A stretch of 63,108 nucleotides of DNA, the filler included, from Pelomyxa schiedti (taxonomy: Eukaryota; Protista; Evosea): the NCBI GenBank assembly GCA_020536535.1. It is 7 parts of 7 records of this genome, joined end to end, with 100 filler letters (N's around TTAATTAATTAA, not from the genome) between each part and the next. Parts side by side here need not be neighbours in the genome. Positions count along the whole stretch, not along the records: positions 34,690 to 50,265 come from JAHLWZ010001157.1; positions 50,366 to 54,828 come from JAHLWZ010000756.1; positions 54,929 to 61,289 come from JAHLWZ010000604.1; positions 61,390 to 63,108 come from JAHLWZ010002309.1; 3 more parts are not named here. The stretch is one strand, 5' to 3'. Below the pieces are notes generated by a model that saw nothing but the letters and a program-made list of their open reading frames with translations, was not told where the DNA came from and searched no databases. Below are positions 48,961 through 61,853 of the stretch, in pieces (position 1 is the stretch's first letter; the number at the start of each line of letters is the position of its first letter). The position numbers were made by a program, and so were the translations under genes.

Positions 48961-50365
48961 CCAGTGTTGATTTCATTTCATGTTTCGGTATGCTAGTTCT
49001 TCGTGTTGTTTTGCCCATCGCTAATAACTTGCCAGATGTTGTTGCAGATACTCCCCGAACCCGTTGCTGGCTCCTGTTCAGAGAGCGGGGTTCTAGTGTA
49101 GAGCCTTGTCACTGGCTCTGCTTCCTTGTGCACTTCCAGTCGGCGCACACGATTGGCCGTGCCATGGATTTGCGGCTGGCTTGCCGATCATCTCCTCGTG
49201 AGGCCAAAGGTCTCTGATTCTCTAGGTACGGCCCGCGCTACAAACAGTTGCATTCACCATTTGCAGTTGCATTCGACGCCGGCAATCATCGGTGCTGCAC
49301 TCGTTTTTTTTTTGACACACATGGCCAGAATTTTCTGTTCCAAAAATACAACTGCTCGACTAGCCGTTCCGCCTCGGAACGTATTTTTGCAAGTATTAAA
49401 ACCTCAAAAATACAAACAAACCACAAAGCCGGAGGTGCCGGTTTCGCAACACCTACAGTCAACAACAAACGGTGCGGCATGCGAGCGATTTCGGCGTGAG
49501 GCGCGTAGGACGAGCGAGGCGGCGGTGCGGTGCGGGCGGGGGCGTAGTGCGTCGCGGCTGTGGGGTTCACTAGGCAGCGGCGGGCGTCGTCGGTGCGGCC
49601 GGTGCGGCGCGGCGTGGTTGTTTCGCGAGGCTGCGGCGTATTTCGTGTGTATCTTTATTCTGTAAATACAAGTAGAGTGGAGTTTTGCAACCTAGTAAAT
49701 TACAAATAAATACAACACAAATGATAAATCGAGTGCACGCAACGCCGTGCTCACATTACACAGAAGCGATACGGCACACTTATTTACACTGAAGTCGGCA
49801 TAGTACACTGATTTTGAGAATGCCTACACTGTGAGTGATATACAGAAGAGACCCTATGTTGTACAGAATACAGTAGGCAGCACAACTAACTCCCCTTTGT
49901 ATGTTCTCTTTCTCTTCTTTCTCTTCTCACACCACCACACCAGCACAAAGAGGTGTGTTGGCACACATCACCTTGCAGACAAACTGCAAGTTCTCCACAC
50001 GTCAATCACCTTCCTGCCTTGCACCTTGTTGACTTGCTTGGGTCTCTCGAGGAGAGGGATGCATAAGTGGGCAACCACCCATAATTGGGCCAGGCCCAAT
50101 TATGGGTGACCTGCATTAAACGTACCATGTTTACACTGTACACTGGGGGGCAAGTCAAGTGAGAAAAACCGAATTTTTTAGTGAGCAAGGCAGGGTGAAG
50201 CGGCCCGATTTTGCCGGGATTTGTTGATGTTTTGTGCCGTGGGGCGGTTGGCGCGGCGCCGCGGCNNNNNNNNNNNNNNNNNNNNNNNNNNNNNNNNNNN
50301 NNNNNNNNNTTAATTAATTAANNNNNNNNNNNNNNNNNNNNNNNNNNNNNNNNNNNNNNNNNNNN

Positions 50366-53300
50366 ATGGCCTTTCCGAGTTGTCATCGTTACTACGGGGC
50401 AGTCCTGAACTTACCTCTGCGTAAAGGCCTTTCTTTGCATGCACTTATGGTGACTTGTTGTTCACTAGATTTTTGGGGAGATCTGGCATCAACTCTCTCG
50501 TACACTTTCTGAATAACCATTTTGTTCCCAACATTGGTGGGTGTGTTCCATCCAACAATTTTCGTCTACTCACTTTCTCTCTTCCAACTCGAAGGAAGCC
50601 TCGCGACGCTGTGCTGTCTGCACTTTCGGTATTAGGAGTCATTAAGTCCATTATGCAACATCCCGTGGGTTCTGAAGATACAGGCTGTGTCTGTGACCTT
50701 CTTTCGAATTACCTTCCATGGTTTGGACTTGTATCCTTTCCTGAAGGAACCGACTTTGAGAATTTGCATTCAGTTCTCTTATCTCTTCTTATTACTGTGT
50801 GTGTCACAGTGCCAAATTTCCCAGAGTTAATAGACAAGATTTCTTTTGCTTTCTCTCAGTCTCACACAGAAAGCTGATATCGACTCTTGCTACTTCTGGG
50901 AAGTATCTTGGTCCTCTTACTGCTTTATTCAGGAATACCAGATCTTCACGTACACAGACCAAAATTCTAGCTCTCCTCAGTCACATACTCGATTCAGTCG
51001 GTTTACAAACCAGTAAACTTTTACTTAATGAGTTCGATATCGACTTGAGAGTAGCCTTCAGTATGGTTAGTTTAACAAAGCTCTGTCCCTCCGCACAACT
51101 GGCAGGGAAGAAATTCCGTCGATCACGGATTCCTGATTGAGCAAGTCAATAAAATTATTCGGGTCAGAGAAGAATGTTTTCCCCACAAACCAGACAGCTC
51201 AAAGTTATCTGTCCCAATGACCATGCTTCCGTGGACGAAAATGAACCCTGCAGGAACTGTAATAATTCCTCTTTGTCAGTCCTCTCTTAGTGTATTGATA
51301 GATATTCGCCGATATTTCTAGTCTTGATTCGTCCATTGTATTGCCTTATGACGATATCCAGCATCACTTTACTGGCAAATCTGCACCAATACATTTTACT
51401 CTGAAGAAAGCTCCAAGTATCATAGACCCCAAGTTACATCAGGAATTGTGTAAGCACTTTTTTTTTTCTTTTTGGCTAAATGTTTCCTGCAGGTATCCAG
51501 CTGCGAACAATAAAATTGACTCCAGAGATAATAGTAGAATCAGTGTGCAATCTCAATTTAGCTACTTTCCAGGAGAATACTATTCTTGAGACCCTTATTC
51601 GTCACACTGGGGATATCCCGGCAGATGTTACTTTCAAATTAATGACAACTTGCTGATGCAATTTTGAAGGTTACAGAAGTGCCACTGGACACAGCCTCAA
51701 GACTCGTGATTGACGTGAAACTCTGCGTTAAATTGATGTATCCCTCATTCCTCTTAGATTTTTTCCGCTCCTCAATGCAAAAGCAACTTGGAAGTTTTAT
51801 TGTTTTTGAAGCAAGTCAAGCTTTTTTCCTGCGCTTCTTCAGTATTATCGAATCAAAATCAATGCGTGTTAAACAAAACCAAAAAGAGTCTGGATGTTTT
51901 ACACAATGCATGCCAGCTACTGAGAGAACACGCACCCCTCCATAAATTCATTGCTTTACTGCTGATTCTTTTCAACTTTGTCAACAAAACCAAAAGTTCA
52001 AAACCAATTCTATCTTTTGAGGTTGCTTCTGCTTTACACGAGGTACTCTTTCGTTTTCAACGCATCACCTTACTCAGATGTAGATAATTGCACCTCACTT
52101 TTTTAAAATGCTTAGGCACTTGATTAATTCAAGTGAATCCCTACATGACTTAAAGCAAATATCCACTTTGGCTGTCCAATTAGAGCCTATTTTTGCAGGT
52201 TAAATAAAGAGCATTTTATTGGGTTTTTAAACCTACTATAGATTTTATTCCTCCTCAGGAACTAGCAACACAAATTTCATCCCTAAAATCTAGACACTCC
52301 TGCTTGCTCGGAACTCTTTCTCAAGTTTTTTTGTGCCCTATTATACACCTTATCCGATCCTCATCAGGAGGTGGCTTCTACTATTGAAGAAAAACTCAGA
52401 CTCTCGTTGGAAAAATGCACAGCCACTTATAAGTTCTTTTGTGAGACTGTGAAGTTCTTTGGATGCAACACTGAATGTGACATTGCTTCCTTTTTTTATC
52501 CTTTCAAGCACTTTTCAGAGATACTTGAGGTCTCTTTGAACGCATGATAAAGCCTTTTTTTATATCTTTTCTCTAGGAAGTAATGAAAAAGGGAACCAAG
52601 TCGGTCCTGTCTATCATTGTATCTTGCCAGGAATCCTTTGGGTAATGACACAGGTAAATCAATATACTCTTACACCTTCTCAGGCGTTCTTCTGGTGTGC
52701 CACCTCCTTCAACTTCTGACGTACCACAACCCCCAGCACTTTTCCCTGGAGGTCCTCCGCCTCCACCTCCCACAACTGGATCTTGGCGTCGCCCACGGGT
52801 TCAGATTCCACCAGCCATACAATCCATTCCACAACCGTCACGTACTCTCAAAAAAGTTCAACTTAAAACATCCGATCCTTGTGTGTCATCTGTACGCCAC
52901 TTCAATACCCTCTCGTGTTTAGTAAGTTTAATGCTTTGCAGATATTCTCTACTTTAAATATCGACGGACTCGAAGTTCCTTGGCAATTAATTGAAGATGT
53001 CTATGCCACAGAACACGTTTTGGCTGAACAAAGTGCCGTTTTTACCTCCCAAACACCACTGGAGGTACNNNNNNNNNNNNNNNNNNNNNNNNNNNNNNNN
53101 NNNNNNNNNNNNNNNNNNNNNNNNNNNNNNNNNNNNNNNNNNNNNNNNNNNNNNNNNNNNNNNNNNNNTCTACTTTAAATATCGACGGACTCGAAGTTCC
53201 TTGGCAATTAATTGAAGATGTCTATGCCACAGAACACGTTTTGGCTGAACAAAGTGCCGTTTTTACCTCCCAAACACCACTGGAGGTACCCTCTAAGCAC

Positions 53301-54772
53301 CCAAGTGTTTACGCCAAGATGGACGAAGTTCAGAGTACAACTTCCTCTACTGTAGGAGATGCACACTTGTTATCTAAAGCAGGTGTTTTACATCTTCCCT
53401 GCTACGTTGTGCCTAATCCCTTCTAATTAAGAGATGCTTTTGATTAGTTCTGATCACCCATGGGAGCATATTGTAGAAGCACTTAAACAATTCGACGAAG
53501 AGTTCTTCCCTAACAAGGGGTTTTGTGAAGCACTCCTGACTTTTCCCCTCCAGGAGATTTCTGTGGTACCAAGCTGTTTTTGAATTTTAATCACGATTAT
53601 GCAGGGGAAACCAATTCCAAAGGGTCAAGCGGACATCCCAACAGAGTTCCTTTTGGCTGTATGTACGAGAGTTCAGTAGGAATGCCACTGAAATACTGCA
53701 GCTTTCACGTGTGGAAAGAATATCTGAACGCTTGCAGGTGATGGTTTTGAGAAAGGAATATCCTTTGTTTGCTTCAGATGTGGAAAAAGTATGCCGCTAA
53801 GTTTCAGTAAATCTAGGTCATTCCTTGAAATATAGGTTCTACAAAAAACCAAGCGGGGATGTGAAGTAATACTGGAAAGCGGCATCTTGAAACGACTGCT
53901 TCTTATCATCCTCAAAATGGGCAATTTCTTGAATGAGCACTCCTCACAGCGACGAGGTGCTACAGCATTCAGGCTGCCTCTCCTGGCAGATGTAGGGCTA
54001 CTGATCTCTTATTTTATTAACCCCTATTCCCAGTTGTTTGCAACAAAGCAACAAAATGGGAAAAACATCCTTCACTCTATCTGTAATATGATCGAATCTA
54101 ATGATTGCTTTAATGACCTGAAATTGATACCTGAAGAACTGGAAAAGATAGACGTCACAAAATGTCACGAAAAACTGTCCTAGATTCCTTGTTTACCCAA
54201 ATTAGTACCCTTTTCTTTCGAGCAGCCAGATTTGCTGAAAGGGCACCTTCAAAAGATGAAAGCTTCATTCCTTGCTCTCAGTGAAGTGTAGATTCATCCA
54301 GCAAGTTCTACACAACATCGTCTGTGTGTAAATCTCTTTTCCCTTCTAAAATAACCTACCCTCAGACGTTTATCCAAAAAGCATTAGAGGAAATCGACGG
54401 CTACATGACCCGGAACACCGAAGTTGTTGGTCCATTAAACAAAGTTTCCAGGTTTCTTGCAGTAGAGCACCCGCTTATAGCGTCTGGTTCCTGGCGTTAC
54501 CATTTGTTGCAGTTGTCGCTCTGGCTGCACCCTATTGGTGGAGGTAACGGACAAGTACTGATTTCTTCATCTTAACCTTCTTTTACAGGTACAAGGTTGT
54601 TCAAGGACTCCACTATACCTTCCCCTACGTTGCAATCTGTGGCATGGTTACCCTTCTGTGGCCTCACTATGCGCACAAATTCTTCGAGGTTATACACACC
54701 AAAATTACAACCAAAACAAAACAAAAGGTGTGCATGGTTCTTGGATTCTTTGTCGAACCAACTGCGAGGGTG
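50366..54772 (+). CDS. Formin (helical N-terminal region, FH1 polyproline, FH2), multi-exon, 5' truncated, 3' end approximate
   Basis: FH1 PGGPPPPPP at ~52740-52775. FH2 start LKKVQLK and later LLLIILKMGNFLNEHSSQRRGATAFRLPLL...KNILHSIC match FH2 consensus. Confidence 0.8.
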
Positions 54773-54928
54773 AAGCCGCTTCGGTACCTAACAACCCAAG
54801 AAGCCGTGGAGCTTCTCGAGGCCGAGCANNNNNNNNNNNNNNNNNNNNNNNNNNNNNNNNNNNNNNNNNNNNTTAATTAATTAANNNNNNNNNNNNNNNN
54901 NNNNNNNNNNNNNNNNNNNNNNNNNNNN

Positions 54929-55766
54929 TGAGAGTATCCTGCAACTCCCTCACTAAGCACAGCTCATTTCCATTCCCAATCCCACCAGACCTCCTCTGTG
55001 TGACTGTGAACTTCATCCTCAAGTTGTTACCATGATGAAATCTTATCTGCCGGGAACAATGCACCAATCATCCTCCACACACTCAGCACATCCAATCCCG
55101 GAAAATGGACCACAACCCACCTGTCATTGCAGCAGAACCAGTGCAGCAACAAATCAGAACACAATGACAGAGACCTCCTTTGTTCTCCAGAAACAACAAG
55201 CTTGGTCCCCCGTGTACCAAAAGAATTAACAGCAGTAGCCATCACACGCAAGCTGGGATACCACCCTGGATTGCATACAAGAACAGAGCGGCCATGAGCC
55301 ATGAACCCACAGACGAGGGCGCCCTGGCCAACAGAATCCACAGGCCTGGGCCCCTCTGTGACCCCGAGGGTGTGCGACACCCCCACGACCACCCACACCA
55401 TGTGGTACCGCGACGCCGTGTCGTCGTCGCAAGCATTTTCAGGGCCACCCTCCTCGCCGTCGCGGTGACCCACTCCCGGCCAATGCGGGCCATCACCGAC
55501 CACGGCAGTATCCTGGCCGGTGGTGGTTGTAGCTGTGGCTGTGGTTGTGGTTGTGGTTGGGGCACTGCTGCTGCTACTACACCATAACTCGATACTTGGA
55601 CGCACCCACCGCCACCTTCGAGGCCGCGCACGGCGGTGGGACCCGGCGATGATGAAGCCAGGACCACAGCCAACGCAACGAATTGGTCGCGAGCGGAAAC
55701 GCACCCCGTCACCCGAAACGACATCAACAACGAAGATCCAAGTGTTGATTTCCGAGAGGAAATCAA
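54929..55766 (-). CDS. Lineage-specific hypothetical protein (ARDQFVAL...VMARIGREWV N-terminus), partial
   Basis: ORF 55242-55766 with a compact N-terminal motif followed by low-complexity and aromatic-rich segments. Truncated at the spacer. Confidence 0.4.
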
Positions 55767-56333
55767 TCAGATTGATTGAAAGCAATCATCAGTTACTCGG
55801 CAACGGAGGGCCATTGCGATCAGCTGCTACCGGCGTTGTCTGTCACTTGTTGTTTACAAGCACGAGGTTCAGCAGGGTACCACCTGCAGATGGTCTCCTC
55901 AAATTTCACAAAAATCAGCCCGATTCACACTGGTGTCAAGTGCTAGGAATTGGTCAATGAGCTTGTATCTCCCTTGCAGCACCACGTTGCTGCCTCAAAA
56001 AGACCACCACTGCGTGTCTGCCCCTCCCTGTCCATCACCTTGTCCTCCTTGCGCCGGAAGCAAAAATGACTACTCAAAGAAGTGCTTGATGATGATTGTA
56101 TGCGAAGAATACCGTCCAATCATCCCGGACCTTATGCCGCACAAGTGGGATCCCACAGGCCGAGCAAGTGGCCTCCCCCAGCCTGCTGACCCAATCAAGG
56201 TATGTTCTTCAGTATAATAATTTAAAGCCGCTATTTCATTTCAATCCCCATCAAAACAGAGGCTCTCCATACAAAGAAATTTGGTTTTTGTTTAGAACTA
56301 AGACTAAGAAATTGGTACTGGTACAGATGGAAG

Positions 56334-57663
56334 TCAGGCCAACATACAGCCAGTTTCCTTCTTTTTATTTGCACGTCCAAGTGGGTACGTTCTGTCCTTA
56401 GCTGGAGGAGAACCTTCGAGTGCCAGCAACCCAAAGGCAGCAAGAAGTTCAGGCATGTTCTTCATGGTCTTTGCTGACACCTCAACAAATCCGTCACAGT
56501 GGTTGGCTCTTGCAAACGCAAGACCTTGCGCATATGTGACAGCACCTTCTGCAGCTTCTGTGTCAGAAGACATGTGTCCCGTGCAGTGTGTCACAGAGCT
56601 CGCCTGGTCAACAATGTCTGCCTTGTTTCCACACAGAAGCAACTGTTGGTGAGTTGTGTGAGTTTTCATGCAGAATCTCCCAGCGCACAACCACCTTTCC
56701 AAAATGATTAATGTCACGAATTTCAGTGATGAATCCAGCAAGTGAATTGAGAGAAGCAAGGCATGTGATATCAAAGACAAGTAGAATGGCTGCTTTTTGT
56801 CGGCAAAACAGCTTCAGCTGAGAGTGGTTAATTACCACACTGCTTTGGGTATGTGTTGGGGGGCNNNNNNNNNNNNNNNNNNNNNNNNNNNNNNNNNNNN
56901 NNNNNNNNNNNNNNNNNNNNNNNNNNNNNNNNNNNNNNNNNNNNNNNNNNNNNNNNNNNNNNNNGAATTGAGAGAAGCAAGGCATGTGATATCAAAGACA
57001 AGTAGAATGGCTGCTTTTTGTCGGCAAAACAGCTTCAGCTGAGAGTGGTTAATTACCACACTGCTTTGGGTATGTGTTGGGGGGCCAACGTGGTGGGGTG
57101 GAGAAAACAAGAAAGACACACACCATTGTGCGGTACCGTGGAACTCCACTTGTATCTGTTTTGGTTTTTCTCAACAAAAGGCACAACAATAGCTCATACA
57201 TACCCCAAATACCCATCTTGACCTCTCTGCCCCTGACAGGCGCCATTCCAATCAAGAAATTAGCACCAATCGTGGGATCCTGATTTTCAAGGAAGTCCTT
57301 GCCAACGAGCCTTTGTGCAATGCATGTTTTTCCAGTTCCACTGGCACCAACCACACACACGTGGATTCCCTGCTGTGCAACGATCCAGTCACACCCATCC
57401 ACAGACTCCAAACGTTCAGTCAGCCACTTCACACCAAATCCACGGAGCCACAATTGGAGTGTCTTCAGTTTGCTTGAAAACAGTTAGTTGTGTTGTTGGC
57501 ACAAACAAGCAATAATGAACAGAAACAACAATAACATAGTCGAACCAATACACCTTGAAACAAATGAGTGGAACAGTTTGTTCACGCGGTCGAGTGCAAC
57601 CAACGTCCCCAAGTCGTTGGTGTTACGCACGATGCCCTCAGCGATGCACTCGTCGATATTCAT
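56334..57663 (-). CDS. Rab-like small GTPase with N-terminal extension and C-terminal CaaX, multi-exon, spans a gap
   Basis: G1 GASGTGKT, G2 PTIGANF, G3 W-DTSGV (spliced), LLVFDIT, G4 GNKAD, G5 EVSAK and C-terminus KKKETGCMLA*. Confidence 0.85.
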
Positions 57664-57719
57664 TCAATTTTTCGACACTTTGTTGTTGGTTCCACCAAGT
57701 TTGTTGCGAGGTGTTTGGA

Positions 57720-59835
57720 ATGATCTCCAACAAGTCTCATGCATTTTTCTATGGTGTAGATGTACCTATTGTGTTGTTTGTTTTATTATGTTGCTCCTGT
57801 TGTCTGTTTACAAATTGTGATTACCTGGAGTTATTGTAAATTTTCATGAAAGGTGCTGTTTAAGGCTGTGGACAACGGCGACACCGAGTCCACCATGGAA
57901 ATTCTCACCCACAACCCCCACATCAACCTCAACAGCCTGTATGGTAAAGACGAGGGTGCCAAGACACTCATGCACGTGGCCGGCAGCGCCTCCGTGGTGC
58001 GAGCGCTACTCCACCCGCCGCCCCCACACGCTCCCTTCTCCGACGTGAATGCGCTGGATGGGGCACGCAACACCCCGCTGATCACCCGGTGCATCAGCGG
58101 AAGGGAGGACGTGGTGAGGGAGCTGCTGCGGGTAGTGGGGATCGACCCAAACAAGGTGGGGAACGGCGGGTGGTCGCCGCTGTTCTGGGCAATCACTGGT
58201 GACAGTGCCGGAATCGTGAGGCTGCTTCTGGGGCACCCTGCCACCGACGTGAACATGGTGCAGGATGTGTACACTCCTTTGGGGATGGCTCTGTGCTGGA
58301 GGAACGCTGAGATTGCGCGAATGCTGGAGAGGCACGGTGGTACAGTAAACGAGGAGATGCGTGAGGAGTACTTGGAGTTGTGCCAGACACTTCACAGTGA
58401 AGTATCTTCAGCTTCTGTGGAGCTGTTGAATGAAGAAAATATCCTTTTAACAGCTCAGAATAAGAGTTTGAGAGGACAGGTCGAACACTGTAAATCCCTC
58501 ACTCGATCCCTTTTCCTCTATTAATTATTCTGGGGGGAAAATCAGGGCACCAGGAAAATGTGAACCTCAGAGCCACACTTGCCTCACTGGTACCTGAAAT
58601 CCAGAAAGAGAAGGTATCAACAAGTTTCTTCCCCGTCAATTCAGCAACAAACAAACAGGAACGAGTTGAACAGATGATTTCATTGATTCCAGCAGAGATA
58701 TCACACTTCAGAGTGGAGAAACTCCTTGGAACCGGTGCTGGGGCAGCAGCATTCAAAGTGTGGTATTCAACTTGGCTCCCCAGCAACAGTGGTGACACAA
58801 AACCACAGTCAATGGTGATGAAAGTGCTCTTCAACTGGGAGAACACACCAACTTTCTCACCGCTGAAGAGGAAATACATGACTGAATGCGTGGTTCTCTC
58901 TTCAGTGCCACTTCACCCAAATGTGATCCATCCACTTGGGGCACTTCCCATTCCAAGGTGTGGTAATTATTTATTTCACAGGAGCTTAAACTCATCAGCA
59001 AATAAAAAACCAGATTGCCTGAAGAGTTTATTGAACAAATTCCAGCTAGCCACCCTGTATTTCACGAGTTGGCACTGAACAAGTCAATTGCAATCATTAT
59101 GCCATTTGGTGGAATCCCTCTATCCTCGTTTCTTCAGTCCCTTCACACCTCCCAAGTTCCTCTTCATCAATGGGAGATCACAGTGAAAACACTCCTGCAG
59201 GCACTCAAAGCAGTGAATCACATTGAAATCAACAAGATTGTACACAGGTTTGATGCTCTCACTGCAGTTTTCTTGAAGTTTACCAACAGTTCACAAAAAG
59301 GGACATCAAGGATGACAACCTGGTGGTGGATCCAGTTACAGGCACTCTGTCTCTCATTGATTTTGGTGAGGCAATGATATGCTCTGACACAGACCTGGAG
59401 GTCCTGAGCAAACACTGTGGGGGAGCCCAGGCACCGTGCCACCAGAGCTGAGCACACTCATTATGACAATAAGGGCAACTGGAACACCAAAGTTCTCATA
59501 TTCGAAGTGTGACTCCTTTGCGCTGGCTGTTACGTTCTAGAACGTTGCCAACAGACTACAAGTTCATTGGTAGCCCACTGAACTACAACATGAACAAATT
59601 CACACCTTCCAAGCTTGTGGCCTCTTTCCCTGACCCCCTCTCATTCTTCCCTCCTCCTCTTCCTCATCCAGCTCACACCAGCAGTTGCCCAACAAGCACA
59701 ACAACAGGAAGCAACCAGATCAGCACTGTTCAAACCAAGATGAAAGAGGTTCTAGTAGGTATGATGGATGCAGACAGGAGCACCAGAATGTCATCCTCTG
59801 AGGCCATTCGTTCTCTCGCTGAACACTCAGACTAG
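57720..59835 (+). pseudogene. Ankyrin repeats, coiled coil and PINK1-like Ser/Thr kinase, with a frameshift and an in-frame stop after DFG (start approximate)
   Basis: ANK repeats (NTPLITRCISGREDVVRELL, WSPLFWAITGDSAGIVRLLL). Kinase motifs LGTGAGAAAF, VMKVLFNW, HPNVI, HR-DIKDDN and DFGE. The WGSPGTVPPE segment is in another frame and is followed by TAG. Confidence 0.7.
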
Positions 59836-60279
59836 GAAAAAAAAACTAAAATGAGTACCATGGATGATTTCTCGTCTCACATTGTGCCGGGAAAGCTTCC
59901 ACAGAATTGACAGCAGCAACAGGAATGGGCGATTGAGGGCTCCACGAAAGAAAGCGAATCGGATTCGTTTGAGCTGTAGTTATCATCAAAACCATACGCA
60001 GCAAACGAGTGGAATAGTTGTTGACGAGGTCGAGTGCAGCCAAGGTTGGCAAATCGGACTACTTCTGGGAATTCAAGGGCACATGGCTGAATAAAAAAAA
60101 CACCAGACCGCCGATCCTGAGCGACGAGAACGAAAATTACAGCGTTCCGGTCTGTTGATTATTTTATTCAGCCACATGGTGCTGCGCTGTGCGTCCAGTG
60201 TCAAAATTGGTTCATCCTGTGGCCCGTCTTACAGCGTTCCGGTCTGTTGATTCTATTCAGACAAGTACCGAGTGCAACC

Positions 60280-60665
60280 ACTGCATGGATCGGCAACTTG
60301 TTTCGCACGTGCTTGTGGTATCCCAGATGGTGTGGTACCGTGTCATAGTCCCGTTCTTCGGCTTCGACCTCGGCCTCGGCGGCCGCTGGCCAGCGGTGTC
60401 CTCCCATAACCCAGCTGGCGTGGCTTCTCGGCGTCGCCGACGCCCTGTTCCCCCTGGTCCCCGCGCCTGCTGCGCCGCGCTCAGCCCCGACGCGGTCTAC
60501 GGCGACAACGACGGCGCGGGGCGGTATTGCCGCGCGTCGCGGAGCTTGGCGCTCAAGTGCGCGGGGCGGGCAGGGAGCGTGAGGTGCCTCAGGTGGATTC
60601 TGAAAACCAAAGGGACGAGGACCAGGGACTGTGCTATGGTGTGTGTGTGTTGTATCCGCTGTTAA
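60280..60665 (+). CDS. Fragment of a lineage-specific repeat-protein family (SQMVWYRVIVPFF motif)
   Basis: Resembles the N-terminus of the 61854 gene (SRVVWEQVVVPWV), and SVRCLRWIL resembles CVAWMI. Confidence 0.35.
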
Positions 60666-61853
60666 AATTATTTATTATATTATTAATAAATTATATTATA
60701 TAATTATAATATTATTAATTATTAATATATTTATCATAATATTATATGAGATAATTATATCAATAAAATAAACATATATATTAACATAACACATGTATTG
60801 TTATATATAATAAATAATGTTTCTATTATATTAATAGCGACAGTTTAACAACAAATTTTAATTAATTTGAAATTGGATCAACTGCTCTTTTTTCAAGGAG
60901 GTCACCTTGTGAAGGCACAAGAGTTGTTTGGAGTGCCAACAACACTGATGCCACTACATGTTGGAGTGGAGTTCGACTGTTGTGGCCCACTGAGGACCCA
61001 GACGTGATGGATGAAATCAAGAACGTAACTGGGATGGGAAGCCAAAGCCTGCTGTGGGATGCGTGAGGTGGCAATGTTGAAACCGTGAAGTGGGTGGTGT
61101 CTATGTTTGCTGTTCATGTGTTGATGGGAGGGGCTGCCATGGGAGCTTGTCAAGCCGTTCCACAGTGCTGTGAGAGGAGGCCATGCCAATGTTTTGAAGT
61201 GGTTGGAATCCAATACTGATGCAGTGGGTGCCTGCAGAACTGCAATAGAGGATGGTGATCAACCTCGTCTCGGAATGACCAAACATGCANNNNNNNNNNN
61301 NNNNNNNNNNNNNNNNNNNNNNNNNNNNNNNNNTTAATTAATTAANNNNNNNNNNNNNNNNNNNNNNNNNNNNNNNNNNNNNNNNNNNNAATAAAATTAT
61401 AAACAAACAAAGAAAACATCGGGAAAAAAAAACCGATACCAAACAACAGAACGTTCTGACCTGGGACCAAAATGCGACGGTCTGTCACACCAGTCACCCA
61501 CCCGTGACACACACCACACCGGCCCCCAGCAACCAAACGGCATTAAATTTTATTTGTTCTTCTTCTTTGCAACTGGAAACGGAAGAGACCGAAACAACAT
61601 GTTCCCCGAAAATCCACACTCTCAGCACTCGATCTCTCGTCTTGCTGCAGTCGAGTGTCACTCGTGCCGTTGGTCTTGTAAGTGTTTCCTCCTTGCTTGG
61701 CGTTCCTCCCATAGTTTTTCCGAGAAGGTGTGTGACAGGAGTTTTCTTCAACACCAATGGTTCATCGGCGATGGTTTCTTCTTCGCGTAAGTGGACCTTA
61801 GTCACTGTGATAATCAAAAGCAGGTTTTGTGGGAACAATCCTTTTTCTTTTCG

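Noticed and set aside
55800-56220. Cys/Pro-rich + strand ORF 55933-56217
   Set aside because: No recognisable domain or supported splice chain.
60138-60253. 24-bp direct repeat TTACAGCGTTCCGGTCTGTTGATT (two copies about 90 nt apart)
   Set aside because: A small local duplication with no further structure or associated gene.
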